A DNA stretch of 64,000 bases from Rickettsiales bacterium (GTDB lineage Bacteria > Pseudomonadota > Alphaproteobacteria > Rickettsiales > CANDYO01), in contig JBASGW010000073.1 of assembly GCA_049653745.1 (NCBI GenBank), positions 22,924-86,923 on the forward strand, written 5' to 3'. Position 1 is the stretch's first letter. Each line of letters starts with the position of its first letter. This document shows, piece by piece, positions 38,557 through 47,608 of this stretch. The notes below the pieces were generated by a model. It searched no databases. It was not told the origin of the DNA and worked only from the letters and a program-made list of their open reading frames with translations. Both the position numbers and the translations under genes were made by a program.

Positions 38557-39684
38557 CTATATATTAATAGTAGCAGAAATTTTGTTACCAAAATGTCTAA
38601 TTATTTTGCCAGATAATTCTAATTCAATAATTGAAGTAAGTATTAATCCAACAGGTAATTGAGTAATAGATACTAACTCGTCAATAGAAGTTGGGCTGGC
38701 GCTGAGTAAATTTATGAGCTCTAACCGAGCTTGTGTCAACTCTTTTTCAGAAAAATTATTGGAAGAAATATTTGATTTGGCATTAATAAAGGATTTTTTT
38801 TGTTCAAAAAGGGAAGATCTTTTGATAACGGAGTTTTCAACGACTTCTATAATATCTTCGCCTGACTCTAATAGATGTGCTCCTTGCTTTAGTAAATAAT
38901 TATTGCCATGATAACGGGGATCCATAGGAAATCCTGGAACTGCAAAAACTTCACGATTTTGTTGAAGAGCAAATTTGGCAGTGATTAAAGACCCAGAATC
39001 TAAGCTGGATTCAATAATTGCAACTCCATATGAGATGCCTGAAATAATCCTATTTCGTTGAGGAAAATTTTGCGCTTTAGGAATGGTTCCTAATGGTAAT
39101 TCTGCAACAATTAATCCTTTTTCAATAATTTCATGATAGAGATCTTTAAATTCAGGCGGGTATATATGATCTATACCTCCTGCCATAATTGCAATAGTTG
39201 CTGAGTCAACGCTAGCTTTATGAGCCGCATTATCAATTCCTCGAGCAAATCCAGATACCACCACCATATTATTATCAACCAATTGCTTAGATATTTTATA
39301 AGCAAAACGAATGCCATTAGCTGATGCATTTCTTGATCCAACTATAGCAAAAGTTCTTTTATTAAGTAGTTCAGTGTTACCTAAGCAAAATAATAATGGA
39401 GGACAATCGTCTATGTTTTTAAGTAATTTAGGAAAGCTGTAATCTAGATAGGTGAGAATTTGTACATTATTTCTTTCGCAATCGGCTATTTGTTCTTCTG
39501 CTAAGCTTTTAGAAAGAATTTTTATTTCTTTCTTATTACGAAGCGATAACTCGGCTACATGCTCTAATGCATTAGTGGCGCTGCCATATAAATCTAGTAA
39601 ATTCCAAAAAGTTCTTGGCCCAACATTTTCACTGCGAATCAACCGTAGGATGTTGGTGATTTCTAAGTTATTGGTTTTAGCCAC
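38557..39684 (-). CDS. dprA: DNA-processing protein DprA/Smf
   Basis: 'AIVGSRNASANG', 'VVSGFARGIDNAAHKAS', 'FPQRNRIISG'. 375 aa. Confidence 0.88.
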   Translation of the reverse strand: MAKTNNLEITNILRLIRSENVGPRTFWNLLDLYGSATNALEHVAELSLRNKKEIKILSKSLAEEQIADCERNNVQILTYLDYSFPKLLKNIDDCPPLLFCLGNTELLNKRTFAIVGSRNASANGIRFAYKISKQLVDNNMVVVSGFARGIDNAAHKASVDSATIAIMAGGIDHIYPPEFKDLYHEIIEKGLIVAELPLGTIPKAQNFPQRNRIISGISYGVAIIESSLDSGSLITAKFALQQNREVFAVPGFPMDPRYHGNNYLLKQGAHLLESGEDIIEVVENSVIKRSSLFEQKKSFINAKSNISSNNFSEKELTQARLELINLLSASPTSIDELVSITQLPVGLILTSIIELELSGKIIRHFGNKISATINI

Positions 39685-39697
39685 GACTTATATTTAC

Positions 39698-39970
39698 TTA
39701 TGCAGCGCTTTCAATAGTTTTAAGTTTTTTTGCTAAGCGACTAACTTTTCTAGAAGCGGTATTTTTCTTCATAAGCTCTTTCTTTGCGCCTTTCATAATT
39801 TTTGCTTGAGCTGTTTTAAATATTTCTTGAGCAAGATTTAAATCTTTTGCAGCTATTGCAGCTTCAACTTTTTTTACATAGGTTTTAATATCGCTTGAAC
39901 GAGATTTGTTAATAGCATTATTTTTTAAATTTTGTCTATGTGCTTTTTTAGCAGAGGCGTGATTAGCCAT
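39698..39970 (-). CDS. rpsT: 30S ribosomal protein S20
   Basis: 'MANHASAKKAHRQNLKNN..NKSRSS' is the canonical S20 N-terminus. 90 aa. Confidence 0.93.
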   Translation of the reverse strand: MANHASAKKAHRQNLKNNAINKSRSSDIKTYVKKVEAAIAAKDLNLAQEIFKTAQAKIMKGAKKELMKKNTASRKVSRLAKKLKTIESAA

Positions 39971-40079
39971 TTTAATATCCTTATCTTATGTCTATAATTT
40001 TAACTATTCTTAATCTACAACAATATTAATTTTACCACGTTTGTCAAGAAGCATATTAAAAATGAGTTTTGTAGTAAAT

Positions 40080-41396
40080 TTAGTAGGATTTTTTAGTAAA
40101 CCCCTGATTTTGATTTAGGAGATCTCCAGCTAAATATAATGACCCGCAAACAAGTATTCTAGCTTTTGTTGTTTCTATATTGATAATTTTAGATAATGCC
40201 TCATCTATAGAATCATGAGCTGAAGCTTTAAATCCAGAAAGTTCTGCTTGAGATTTTATAAACTCTCCTCCATAACTTTCTGGCTCTGCTTCAATTAAAA
40301 CTCCAGCAATATGAACAATATCTCCTATAAAATTTGATAAAAATTCTTGACAGTTTCTTCCACGAGTCATGCCAAAAATCATATAAGTTGGCATGATTGG
40401 TTGATCTTTAAGCCATAAAGATAATGCACGTGCCCCAGCTGGATTATGGGCCCCATCAACCCAAATTTCAAAATTATCAGGTATTTTATTAATAATATTT
40501 CCTTCGGTAAGTTTTTGTAATCTAGCGGGCCAGGTGGCATTAGCTATTCCATAAGCAATAGCCTCTTGGCTTATATTAAATTCTTTTAAATTTAAAACAG
40601 CGGTAATAGCATTCCCGGCATTTAAATATTGATGATCACCGTGCAAATTAGGTTTAGGAAAAGTTAAAGTTTGGCTTTCTGTTTTATAAATAAGATTCTT
40701 ATTTTCATCAGCATATATAACCCAATCATATTCAAAGCTATAACATTCTGCATTATTTTGTTGAGCAATAAAATGAAGCACGTCAAATGCTTCTGAATAT
40801 TGTTGGCTAATAACACAAGGGCAGTTGGGTTTAATTATGCCAGCTTTTTCATAAGAAATTTTAGCAATAGTATCTCCTAAAAACTCAGTATGGTCTAGAT
40901 CTATACTAGTGATAATAGACATAGCTGGATTTTTTACAACATTAGTGGCATCTAATCTTCCGCCAAGGCCAACTTCAATAATCACTACATCTGCTTTAAC
41001 TTTGCTAAAAGCTAAAAAAGCTGCCGCAGTTGTGCCCTCAAAAAAAGTTAATGATACATTAGCTTTCTCGGCGGCAACTCTGCATTCTTCAGTTACTTCA
41101 TAAAGAAAGTTATCGTCAATATTTGTTCCTAAAATTCCTATTCTTTCATTAAAATTTACTAAATGAGGAGAATTGTAAGTATGAACCTTATAACCTGCAG
41201 CTTGAAAAATTGACTTTAAAAATGCAGTAGTAGATCCTTTTCCATTGGTGCCAGCAACATGAATTATGGGTGGTAATTTATTTTCTGGATTACCTAGGGC
41301 ATCAAGTAAAATTCTTATGCGGCTTAAATCAAGATCTATTGGTTTTTTACCTATAGGAATTGGCCAATGAGGCATTTTAACCATTTTTTTCTCCAA
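40080..41396 (-). CDS. folC: Dihydrofolate synthase / folylpolyglutamate synthase
   Basis: Mur-ligase P-loop 'HVAGTNGKGST' and 'VGLGGRLDATN'. The annotated start overlaps the folP 3' end by 20 nt; the internal Met at 41375 ('MPHWPIP') is an alternative start. Confidence 0.88.
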   Translation of the reverse strand: MEKKMVKMPHWPIPIGKKPIDLDLSRIRILLDALGNPENKLPPIIHVAGTNGKGSTTAFLKSIFQAAGYKVHTYNSPHLVNFNERIGILGTNIDDNFLYEVTEECRVAAEKANVSLTFFEGTTAAAFLAFSKVKADVVIIEVGLGGRLDATNVVKNPAMSIITSIDLDHTEFLGDTIAKISYEKAGIIKPNCPCVISQQYSEAFDVLHFIAQQNNAECYSFEYDWVIYADENKNLIYKTESQTLTFPKPNLHGDHQYLNAGNAITAVLNLKEFNISQEAIAYGIANATWPARLQKLTEGNIINKIPDNFEIWVDGAHNPAGARALSLWLKDQPIMPTYMIFGMTRGRNCQEFLSNFIGDIVHIAGVLIEAEPESYGGEFIKSQAELSGFKASAHDSIDEALSKIINIETTKARILVCGSLYLAGDLLNQNQGFTKKSY

Positions 41397-42198
41397 TTAA
41401 GTCTCTAATTTTTAGTGCTTGTTTGGTTGCTTCCACATTATGTATGCGTAAATAATCTATGCCTGCATCAGCTAAATAAGAAGATATTATAGCCGTTTCT
41501 AAGTCTCTTTGAATAAATTCTTTATTAGTTATAAGATTTAAAAATGATTTGCGTGAATGGCCATACATTATAGGGAAATCAAGTTTAGTAAATGATTTGG
41601 CTTGCTTGATTAACTGCCAGGATTGGTTAGCAGTTTTTCCAAAACCAATTCCAGGGTCTAGAACTATTTTATTAGCTTCAACGCCATTGTTAATTAAGTG
41701 TTCTGCTTTTTTAAGTAGCCAAGTTTTAACTTCTTCTACAGCATCTAATTCTTGAGCTAAATATTTGCTTGGGTCAGCAGGAATAGTTAAGTGATGCATG
41801 ATTACTAATTTGGCTTTAGTTTTTTTAGCAAAGTCAATTAATCGTTCATCAATAAATCCCTTTTGGTCATTAACCCAATTAATTGGAATATGTTGGGACA
41901 AGTATTCTAAGGTTTCAAAATTATAACTATCAATACTAATTTCAACAGAAGAATTTTTTAATATTGGTATTATTGCGGGTAATATTTTCTTGAACCTTTC
42001 TATTTCTTCTTTGGGAGTGAGTTGAGCGCTGTTAGGTCTGGTAGAAGTGGCGCCAATATCAATAATATCAGCATTATTAGCTAACAAATGTTCTAGATGC
42101 TTTGCAACACTGGCTTGGTCTTGGTAAAGCCCACCATCTGAGAAAGAATCTGGGGTTATATTAAGAATGGCCATTAATTTAATTTGTTTCATAAACAT
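41377..42198 (-). CDS. folP: Dihydropteroate synthase
   Basis: 'MAILNITPDSFSDGG', 'IIDIGATSTRP', 'DPGIGFGK', 'SRKSF'. Confidence 0.92.
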   Translation of the reverse strand: MFMKQIKLMAILNITPDSFSDGGLYQDQASVAKHLEHLLANNADIIDIGATSTRPNSAQLTPKEEIERFKKILPAIIPILKNSSVEISIDSYNFETLEYLSQHIPINWVNDQKGFIDERLIDFAKKTKAKLVIMHHLTIPADPSKYLAQELDAVEEVKTWLLKKAEHLINNGVEANKIVLDPGIGFGKTANQSWQLIKQAKSFTKLDFPIMYGHSRKSFLNLITNKEFIQRDLETAIISSYLADAGIDYLRIHNVEATKQALKIRDLIGEKNG

Positions 42199-42315
42199 AA
42201 TTCTTATAAGAAAGTTTATTTTATTGTACTAAAATCGTAAAATTAAAGAAATACTAGTTTTTAGAAACAAAATAAAGTATAACAATTTAAAAATATTAGA
42301 TTAATTGACATCAGT

Positions 42316-44124
42316 ATGGTAACAAACATTTCTTCAATTCGTAATTTTTCAATTATCGCTCATATTGATCATGGTAAATCAACTCTAGCAGATAGGTTGA
42401 TTGAATTCTGTGGAGGGTTAGAGCAGAGAGAAATGACCTCTCAAGTTTTAGATTCAATGGATATTGAAAAAGAGCGTGGAATCACTATTAAAGCCCAAAC
42501 AGTACGTTTAAAGTATAAAGCCAAAGATGGTAAAGATTATATTTTGAATCTTATGGATACTCCAGGGCATGTTGACTTTGCCTACGAAGTGAGCAGATGT
42601 TTGGCTGCATGCGAAGGATCTCTTTTAGTAGTGGATGCTAGCCAAGGGGTTGAAGCTCAAACCTTAGCTAATGTATATCAAGCAATTGAAAATAATCATG
42701 AATTAATTCCTGTTTTAAATAAGATTGATTTGCCAGCTGCCGATCCAGATAGAGTTAGAGAGCAAATTGAAGATGTGATAGGAATTGATGCCAGTGATGC
42801 AATCTTAGCTTCAGCAAAATCAGGTATTGGTATTGAAAATATTCTTGAAGGAATAGTTCATAGACTGCCAGCTCCAAAAGGAAACGTAGATGCTCCTTTA
42901 AGAGCATTATTAGTTGATAGTTGGTATGATCAATATCTTGGTGTAGTAAACTTGCTTAGAATTATAGATGGTAAAATATCTAAAGGCATGAAGATTAAAA
43001 TGTTAGCTTCAGGAGCTGTTCATCACATTGATGAAGTTGGAGTTTTTACGCCTAAAAGAACTCCAATGGCTGAGCTTGCAGCAGGGGAAGTGGGTTATAT
43101 TTCAGCTAGTATTAAGCAAATATCTGACTGCAAGGTTGGAGATACGATTGCAGAAGAAAAAATGGCCAATGAAGTGTCTCCATTGCCAGGGTTTAAGCCT
43201 TCCCAGTCAGTTGTGTTTTGCGGGCTATATCCAGCAGATGCATCTGATTTTGATGAGTTGAGAAATTCTTTAGGCAAGCTAAAACTAAATGATTCAAGTT
43301 TTGAGTTTGAGTTAGAAAGTTCAACTGCTTTAGGGTTTGGCTATCGATGTGGCTTCTTAGGGCTATTACATCTTGAAATAGTGCAAGAAAGGTTAGAAAG
43401 GGAATTTGATCTAGATCTGATTACCACAGCTCCAAGTGTGATTTATAAAATCTACCTAAAAGATGGAAATATGCTAGAGCTTCATAATCCAGCTGATATG
43501 CCAGATTCTACTTTGATTGATTATATGGAAGAGCCGTGGATCGAAGCAACTATTTTGGTCCCCGATGAATATTTGGGTGCAGTTCTTGCGTTATGTACAG
43601 ATAAACGAGGTGTGCAAAAGACCCTAACCTATGTTGGTAATAGAGCGATGGTAGTTTACCAATTGCCATTAAATGAAATAGTTTTTGATTTTTATGACCG
43701 TCTAAAATCTTGCTCACGTGGTTATGCAAGTTTTGATTGGAAGATTGATAGTTATGAGAAAAGTGATCTAGTAAAATTAATTATTCTAGTTAATAAAGAG
43801 CCTGTTGATGCATTATCATGCATTGTTCATAAAGGTAGATCTGAAACTCGTGGGCGTGAGTTATGTGAGCGTTTGGCTAAATTAATACACCGTCAATTAT
43901 TCCAAATTGCTATACAGGCTGCTATTGGTGGAAAGATTATAGCTCGTGAAACCGTTCAAGCTCTTCGTAAAGACGTTACCGCTAAATGTTATGGTGGTGA
44001 TATCAGCCGTAAGCGTAAATTGCTAGATAAGCAGAAGAAGGGTAAAAAGAGAATGCGTAGTATAGGAAATGTGGAAATTCCACAATCAGCCTTTATTGCA
44101 GCTTTAAAAATAGGTGATGATTAA
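42316..44124 (+). CDS. lepA: Elongation factor 4
   Basis: '[21 protein letters not shown]', 'DTPGHVDF', 'NKIDLP'. C-terminal '[24 protein letters not shown]'. Confidence 0.96.
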   Translation: MVTNISSIRNFSIIAHIDHGKSTLADRLIEFCGGLEQREMTSQVLDSMDIEKERGITIKAQTVRLKYKAKDGKDYILNLMDTPGHVDFAYEVSRCLAACEGSLLVVDASQGVEAQTLANVYQAIENNHELIPVLNKIDLPAADPDRVREQIEDVIGIDASDAILASAKSGIGIENILEGIVHRLPAPKGNVDAPLRALLVDSWYDQYLGVVNLLRIIDGKISKGMKIKMLASGAVHHIDEVGVFTPKRTPMAELAAGEVGYISASIKQISDCKVGDTIAEEKMANEVSPLPGFKPSQSVVFCGLYPADASDFDELRNSLGKLKLNDSSFEFELESSTALGFGYRCGFLGLLHLEIVQERLEREFDLDLITTAPSVIYKIYLKDGNMLELHNPADMPDSTLIDYMEEPWIEATILVPDEYLGAVLALCTDKRGVQKTLTYVGNRAMVVYQLPLNEIVFDFYDRLKSCSRGYASFDWKIDSYEKSDLVKLIILVNKEPVDALSCIVHKGRSETRGRELCERLAKLIHRQLFQIAIQAAIGGKIIARETVQALRKDVTAKCYGGDISRKRKLLDKQKKGKKRMRSIGNVEIPQSAFIAALKIGDD

Positions 44125-44233
44125 TTTAGTTTCCTAAGTTTTGTTGTATTAATAGACTTAGGAATGTAGATCGCGGTAGAATAAAAATATTGCCTTTATC
44201 ATATTCGGTGGATATAATTCCTGTTCCTTAAAA

Positions 44234-44310
44234 GGGCGGTTAGCTCAGTTGGTTAGAGCGCAGCGTTGACATCGCTGAGGTCGGAAGTTCGAATCTTCTA
44301 TCGCCCACCA
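44234..44310 (+). tRNA. tRNA-Val (anticodon GAC), CCA encoded
   Basis: Manual cloverleaf: GGGCGGT-TA-GCTC-AGTTGGTTA-GAGC-G-CAGCG-TTGACAT-CGCTG-AGGTC-GGAAG-TTCGAAT-CTTCT-ATCGCCC-A-CCA. Confidence 0.9.
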
Positions 44311-44440
44311 TCCGCTTTCGCTTCGCTACAGCGCGATTGTGGAGCGTAGCGAAACAATGACGCTGTACGTTTAGCCGAAACGGATGCTGCGCTGTAATTA
44401 AGCTTTAGCTTAATGTAAGCGGGCTTGCTCAACAATTTAA
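44311..44440. other. GC-enriched, highly self-complementary spacer immediately 3' of tRNA-Val
   Basis: TTCGCTAC (44322-29) pairs with GTAGCGAA (44346-53). TACAGCGC (44327-34) pairs with GCGCTGTA (44389-96). TCCGcTTTCG (44311-20) pairs with CGAAACGGA (44376-84). Palindrome TTAAGCT-tt-AGCTTAA lies at 44398-44413. The composition is clearly richer in G+C than the flanks. Confidence 0.5.
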
Positions 44441-44471
44441 TTTACTAATTTTTTGTTACTCTTAAGACGCT

Positions 44472-44711
44472 ATGTATTATACCTATATCCTCACCTCTCT
44501 TTCTAATCCAGACCATTTCTATATTGGCTCAACCTCTGATTTAAAAAGAAGATTAGCTGAGCATAATTCTGGCAAATCAGTCCATACCAACAAATTTACT
44601 CCTTGGAAAATAAAAAATTATATAGCTTTTGAGACACAAGACAAAGCATTAGAGTTTGAGAAGTTCTTGAAATCAGGTAATGGGCGAATCTTCTGTAAAA
44701 AGCATTTCTAG
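44472..44711 (+). CDS. Small stand-alone GIY-YIG nuclease-domain protein
   Basis: 79 aa. 'YYTYILTS....HFYIGSTSDLKRRLAEHNSG' carries the GIY-YIG (here YIL...YIG) motifs, the conserved Arg, and E..N. Confidence 0.75.
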   Translation: MYYTYILTSLSNPDHFYIGSTSDLKRRLAEHNSGKSVHTNKFTPWKIKNYIAFETQDKALEFEKFLKSGNGRIFCKKHF

Positions 44712-44791
44712 AGTGATTTCTATCTCCATTTTGCATTTGAGGTATTGATTTTTTAGATTATTTTAAAATAAATTATGAAAAAATAATCCAA

Positions 44792-44819
44792 TTGACACTG
44801 CAGCTGTAAACGTTATATG
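44792..44819 (+). promoter_or_regulatory. Candidate sigma70-type promoter for the alpha/beta-hydrolase gene
   Basis: TTGACA (44792-97), a 16-nt spacer, then TATATG (44814-19). A strong Shine-Dalgarno 'AAAGGAG' lies 8 nt upstream of ATG 44859. Confidence 0.35.
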
Positions 44820-44858
44820 CTTAAAATATTAAGTATTTTTGTAAAGGAGTAATTATTT

Positions 44859-45581
44859 ATGAATGGAAAAGTTTTGGAATTTAACTTTTTTGACAGCAAG
44901 AGAGAAAGGCAAGTTTCCGTAATTTGCTATTTACCTAAAAAAATGACTGATAAAATACCTGTTGTTTTATTTGGACCTGGATATTGCTCACAACAAGAAA
45001 TAATAGAGCAAAAATACTTGCCTGTTTATAAAGATTATACTTACTTAGCTGATTACTTTACTACTAAAAACTATGCTTTTATTTCTATTGCACATGATGT
45101 TTTAGGTGATAATGATGGCCTTGAGTCGATCGATTCTAATGCGAATCAGCATGAAGCAAGAAAACATCTTTATATAAGGGGCGTTGAAAATATGCTTTTT
45201 GTTATAGAGGAAATGAAGAAACAGAATTTAAATCTAGATTTTGAAAAATTTATTGTTTCTGGCCATTCAAATGGCGGTGATATTTCTAAATATTTTGCCA
45301 ACCTATATTCTAATAGAATTACTCAAATGATTCTATTTGAAGCTCGTAGGTGTAGATTTGAAATAACTAGTTTTACTAAACTACTAATGTTTGAAGCAGA
45401 TGATACTTCAACTGATTTAGGAGTGATGCCTATTGAAAATAAAGAAGACAATTATAAAAGAAGTAATCTTGACTGGACGATAATTAAAACACAAAATGCT
45501 CTTCATACCAGCTATATGGACGATTATATAACTGACGAAATAAAACAACGAGTATATAAAGCATTAGACTATTTTTTGTAA
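44859..45581 (+). CDS. Alpha/beta-hydrolase-fold protein (putative esterase/lipase)
   Basis: 240 aa. Nucleophile elbow 'VSGHSNGGD' (GxSxG). Preceding 'VVLFGPGY' is an oxyanion-type strand. No signal peptide. Confidence 0.6.
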   Translation: MNGKVLEFNFFDSKRERQVSVICYLPKKMTDKIPVVLFGPGYCSQQEIIEQKYLPVYKDYTYLADYFTTKNYAFISIAHDVLGDNDGLESIDSNANQHEARKHLYIRGVENMLFVIEEMKKQNLNLDFEKFIVSGHSNGGDISKYFANLYSNRITQMILFEARRCRFEITSFTKLLMFEADDTSTDLGVMPIENKEDNYKRSNLDWTIIKTQNALHTSYMDDYITDEIKQRVYKALDYFL

Positions 45582-45884
45582 TTTGTGCTATACTCCTACC
45601 GGTTACCGGTCGGTTTCATTGCGAACTTTTTATCTCCTCTGTACCCCGTGGAATCCCTCACTTTTTTGTATGGAGAAAAGTCCGTTCTTTGACCTATTTG
45701 CTCCGCCACTACTATTAGTTGCATCTAATTGTCACTCCATAATTATTAGTTTCCAAAAATCCTTTAGCCCCATATATTTCTGGCTCTGTCGCAGTTATAT
45801 TTATAGCCATAAAATTTCTACAGATTTTCTTTTAAGTTAAAAGGGAATTTAGATATATCTGATGATGCCGCAAGATTAGTGAAG

Positions 45885-45961
45885 TGGCGCACTCGTAGGG
45901 ATTCGAACCCCAAACCTCTTGATCCGTAGTCAAGTGCTCTATCCAGTTGAGCTACGAGTGC
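45885..45961 (-). tRNA. tRNA-Arg (anticodon ACG), CCA encoded
   Basis: Reverse complement folds as GCACTCG-TA-GCTC-AACTGGATA-GAGC-A-CTTGA-CTACGGA-TCAAG-AGGTT-TGGGG-TTCGAAT-CCCTA-CGAGTGC-G-CCA. Confidence 0.9.
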
Positions 45962-45980
45962 ATAAGTAAACTAAAGTATA

Positions 45981-46066
45981 TGGTACCTCTGGCCAGGCTC
46001 GAACTGGCATGTCCCTAAGGACAGCAGATTTTGAGTCTGCCGCGTCTACCGTTCCGCCACAAAGGC
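45981..46066 (-). tRNA. tRNA-Leu (anticodon CAA), long variable arm, CCA encoded
   Basis: Reverse complement 'GCCTTTGTGGCGGAACGGTAGACGCGGCAGACTCAAAATCTGCTGTCCTTAGGGACATGCCAGTTCGAGCCTGGCCAGAGGTACCA'. Anticodon arm GCAGA-CTCAAAA-TCTGC. Class II variable arm. Confidence 0.88.
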
Positions 46067-46126
46067 ATGGTAGCATACACATAGTTGTATAGAAAGGTTA
46101 TAGAAAATATTCTCTTCCGTGTAAAG

Positions 46127-47608
46127 CTATTTTTTAAGAAACAAATCAATAGAAGCAATTATAGTATCAAGATAAATAAATAGAACAAAAGATAAAGAGT
46201 AAATCACTAAAGTAATTAGTGATAGATGTTTTGTATTGTTATAAAAAATTTCTGGCCTTTCTTGAGCAGAAGCAGGAGATAGCATAAAATAGATAGGTTT
46301 CAAATAATAGTAGCAAGCCATTAATGAGCTTATAATCAAACAAGTTATGATTACTTCTTCTACTAAAGTAGTACATTCAATTGACTTGAATATCATTCCT
46401 TTTAAAATCCAACCAACACTTGGTGGCAATCCAATAATTGAAAAAGCAGCTAAAATGAAAAGCCCTGTTGGCAAAGGAAGAGCTCTCGCCATTCCTTTCA
46501 TTTCAATAATATCTACCTTGTGAGTAGCTATATAAATAATTCCAACCGCAAAAAATAAAGTAATTTTAGCAATGCTATGAGATAACATCTGCAATATGCT
46601 TATTGTGAAGGTGGAGTTGCTAATTAAGCTTAGAAAAACTATCATATAGCTAAGTTGGCTTATTGTTGAATAAGCTAGTATTTTCTTTAGATTGTCTTGC
46701 CTGCAAGCTATAAATCCAGCATAAAGCATGGTAAAGCAACCTAAATAAGTTAGCCAATCTAAACTCCAAGGTATTTGTTGATGCATATTCTTTAGATAAT
46801 TTAATCCAAATAGATAAACAAAAACTTTAATCAAGGCAAAGATACCAGATTTAACCACTGCCACAGCGTGTAATAATGCGCTAACTGGTATGGGCGCCAC
46901 CATTGCTTTTGGCAACCAGCTATGTAGCGGAAATATAGCGCTCTTACTAAATCCGAATACAAAACAAATTAGAAGAATTACAATATCTTTAACTGAAGTT
47001 TGTTCACTAAATATACCTTCCTTAGTGAACTCAGTTGCTCCATAATTTTGGTCTAGATAAATTAATGCAAACATTAAAAAGAACATTGAAGAGCACATCA
47101 GAGTAGTTATATAGAATTTTCCAACTTTACGAGCATGGTCTGAAAATGATTGAATAACTAAGGGGTAGGTGAATAAAGTGAGCAGTTCATAAAAAATAAA
47201 CAAAGTTAATAAATTGGCAGAATATGCAACTCCTAGAGCTGACATAATGGCTAATGGAGTAAAGAAGAAATAAAATTTGGGATTTAAATCTTTATTAAGC
47301 TCAGAATTTTCCTGTGCTTTTAAAAAATAAAAACTATATAAATTAGTGAATAAATATAGTCCACTTACCATTAGCGCAAAAATAGAAGTAATAAAATCTG
47401 AATTGAAGCTAATTTTATAGCTACCAAGAACATGAAGTATAACCCATTCTTGGTTAATGTTTTGATGCTCTGTAATTATCATTACATTAGTTATCACCAG
47501 CAATATGTTTAAGAATATTATTGCCATATGCATTAAACATCTATTCTTTATAAAGCAAGTGAATGCTGTGATAATTGGTAAAATTAAATTAAGGCTCAAT
47601 ATAATCAT
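46127..47608 (-). CDS. Complex I subunit N/M-like proton-conducting membrane protein (Mrp antiporter subunit D-like)
   Basis: 493 aa and polytopic. 'FPLHSWLPKAMVAPIPVSALLHAVAVVKSG' is the hallmark NuoL/M/N-MrpA/D motif. Confidence 0.75.
   Translation of the reverse strand: MIILSLNLILPIITAFTCFIKNRCLMHMAIIFLNILLVITNVMIITEHQNINQEWVILHVLGSYKISFNSDFITSIFALMVSGLYLFTNLYSFYFLKAQENSELNKDLNPKFYFFFTPLAIMSALGVAYSANLLTLFIFYELLTLFTYPLVIQSFSDHARKVGKFYITTLMCSSMFFLMFALIYLDQNYGATEFTKEGIFSEQTSVKDIVILLICFVFGFSKSAIFPLHSWLPKAMVAPIPVSALLHAVAVVKSGIFALIKVFVYLFGLNYLKNMHQQIPWSLDWLTYLGCFTMLYAGFIACRQDNLKKILAYSTISQLSYMIVFLSLISNSTFTISILQMLSHSIAKITLFFAVGIIYIATHKVDIIEMKGMARALPLPTGLFILAAFSIIGLPPSVGWILKGMIFKSIECTTLVEEVIITCLIISSLMACYYYLKPIYFMLSPASAQERPEIFYNNTKHLSLITLVIYSLSFVLFIYLDTIIASIDLFLKK

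Noticed and set aside
45672-45684. 'GGAGAAAAGTCCG' resembles the RNase P RNA CR-I motif (GAGGAAAGUCCGGGCUC), raising the idea of rnpB next to the tRNA cluster.
   Set aside because: The match stops after 'GTCCG' (it continues TTCTTTG instead of GGCTCCA). There is no ACAGAAACCCGGCTTA-like CR-V downstream and no P1 pairing, and only about 300 nt are available before the tRNA.
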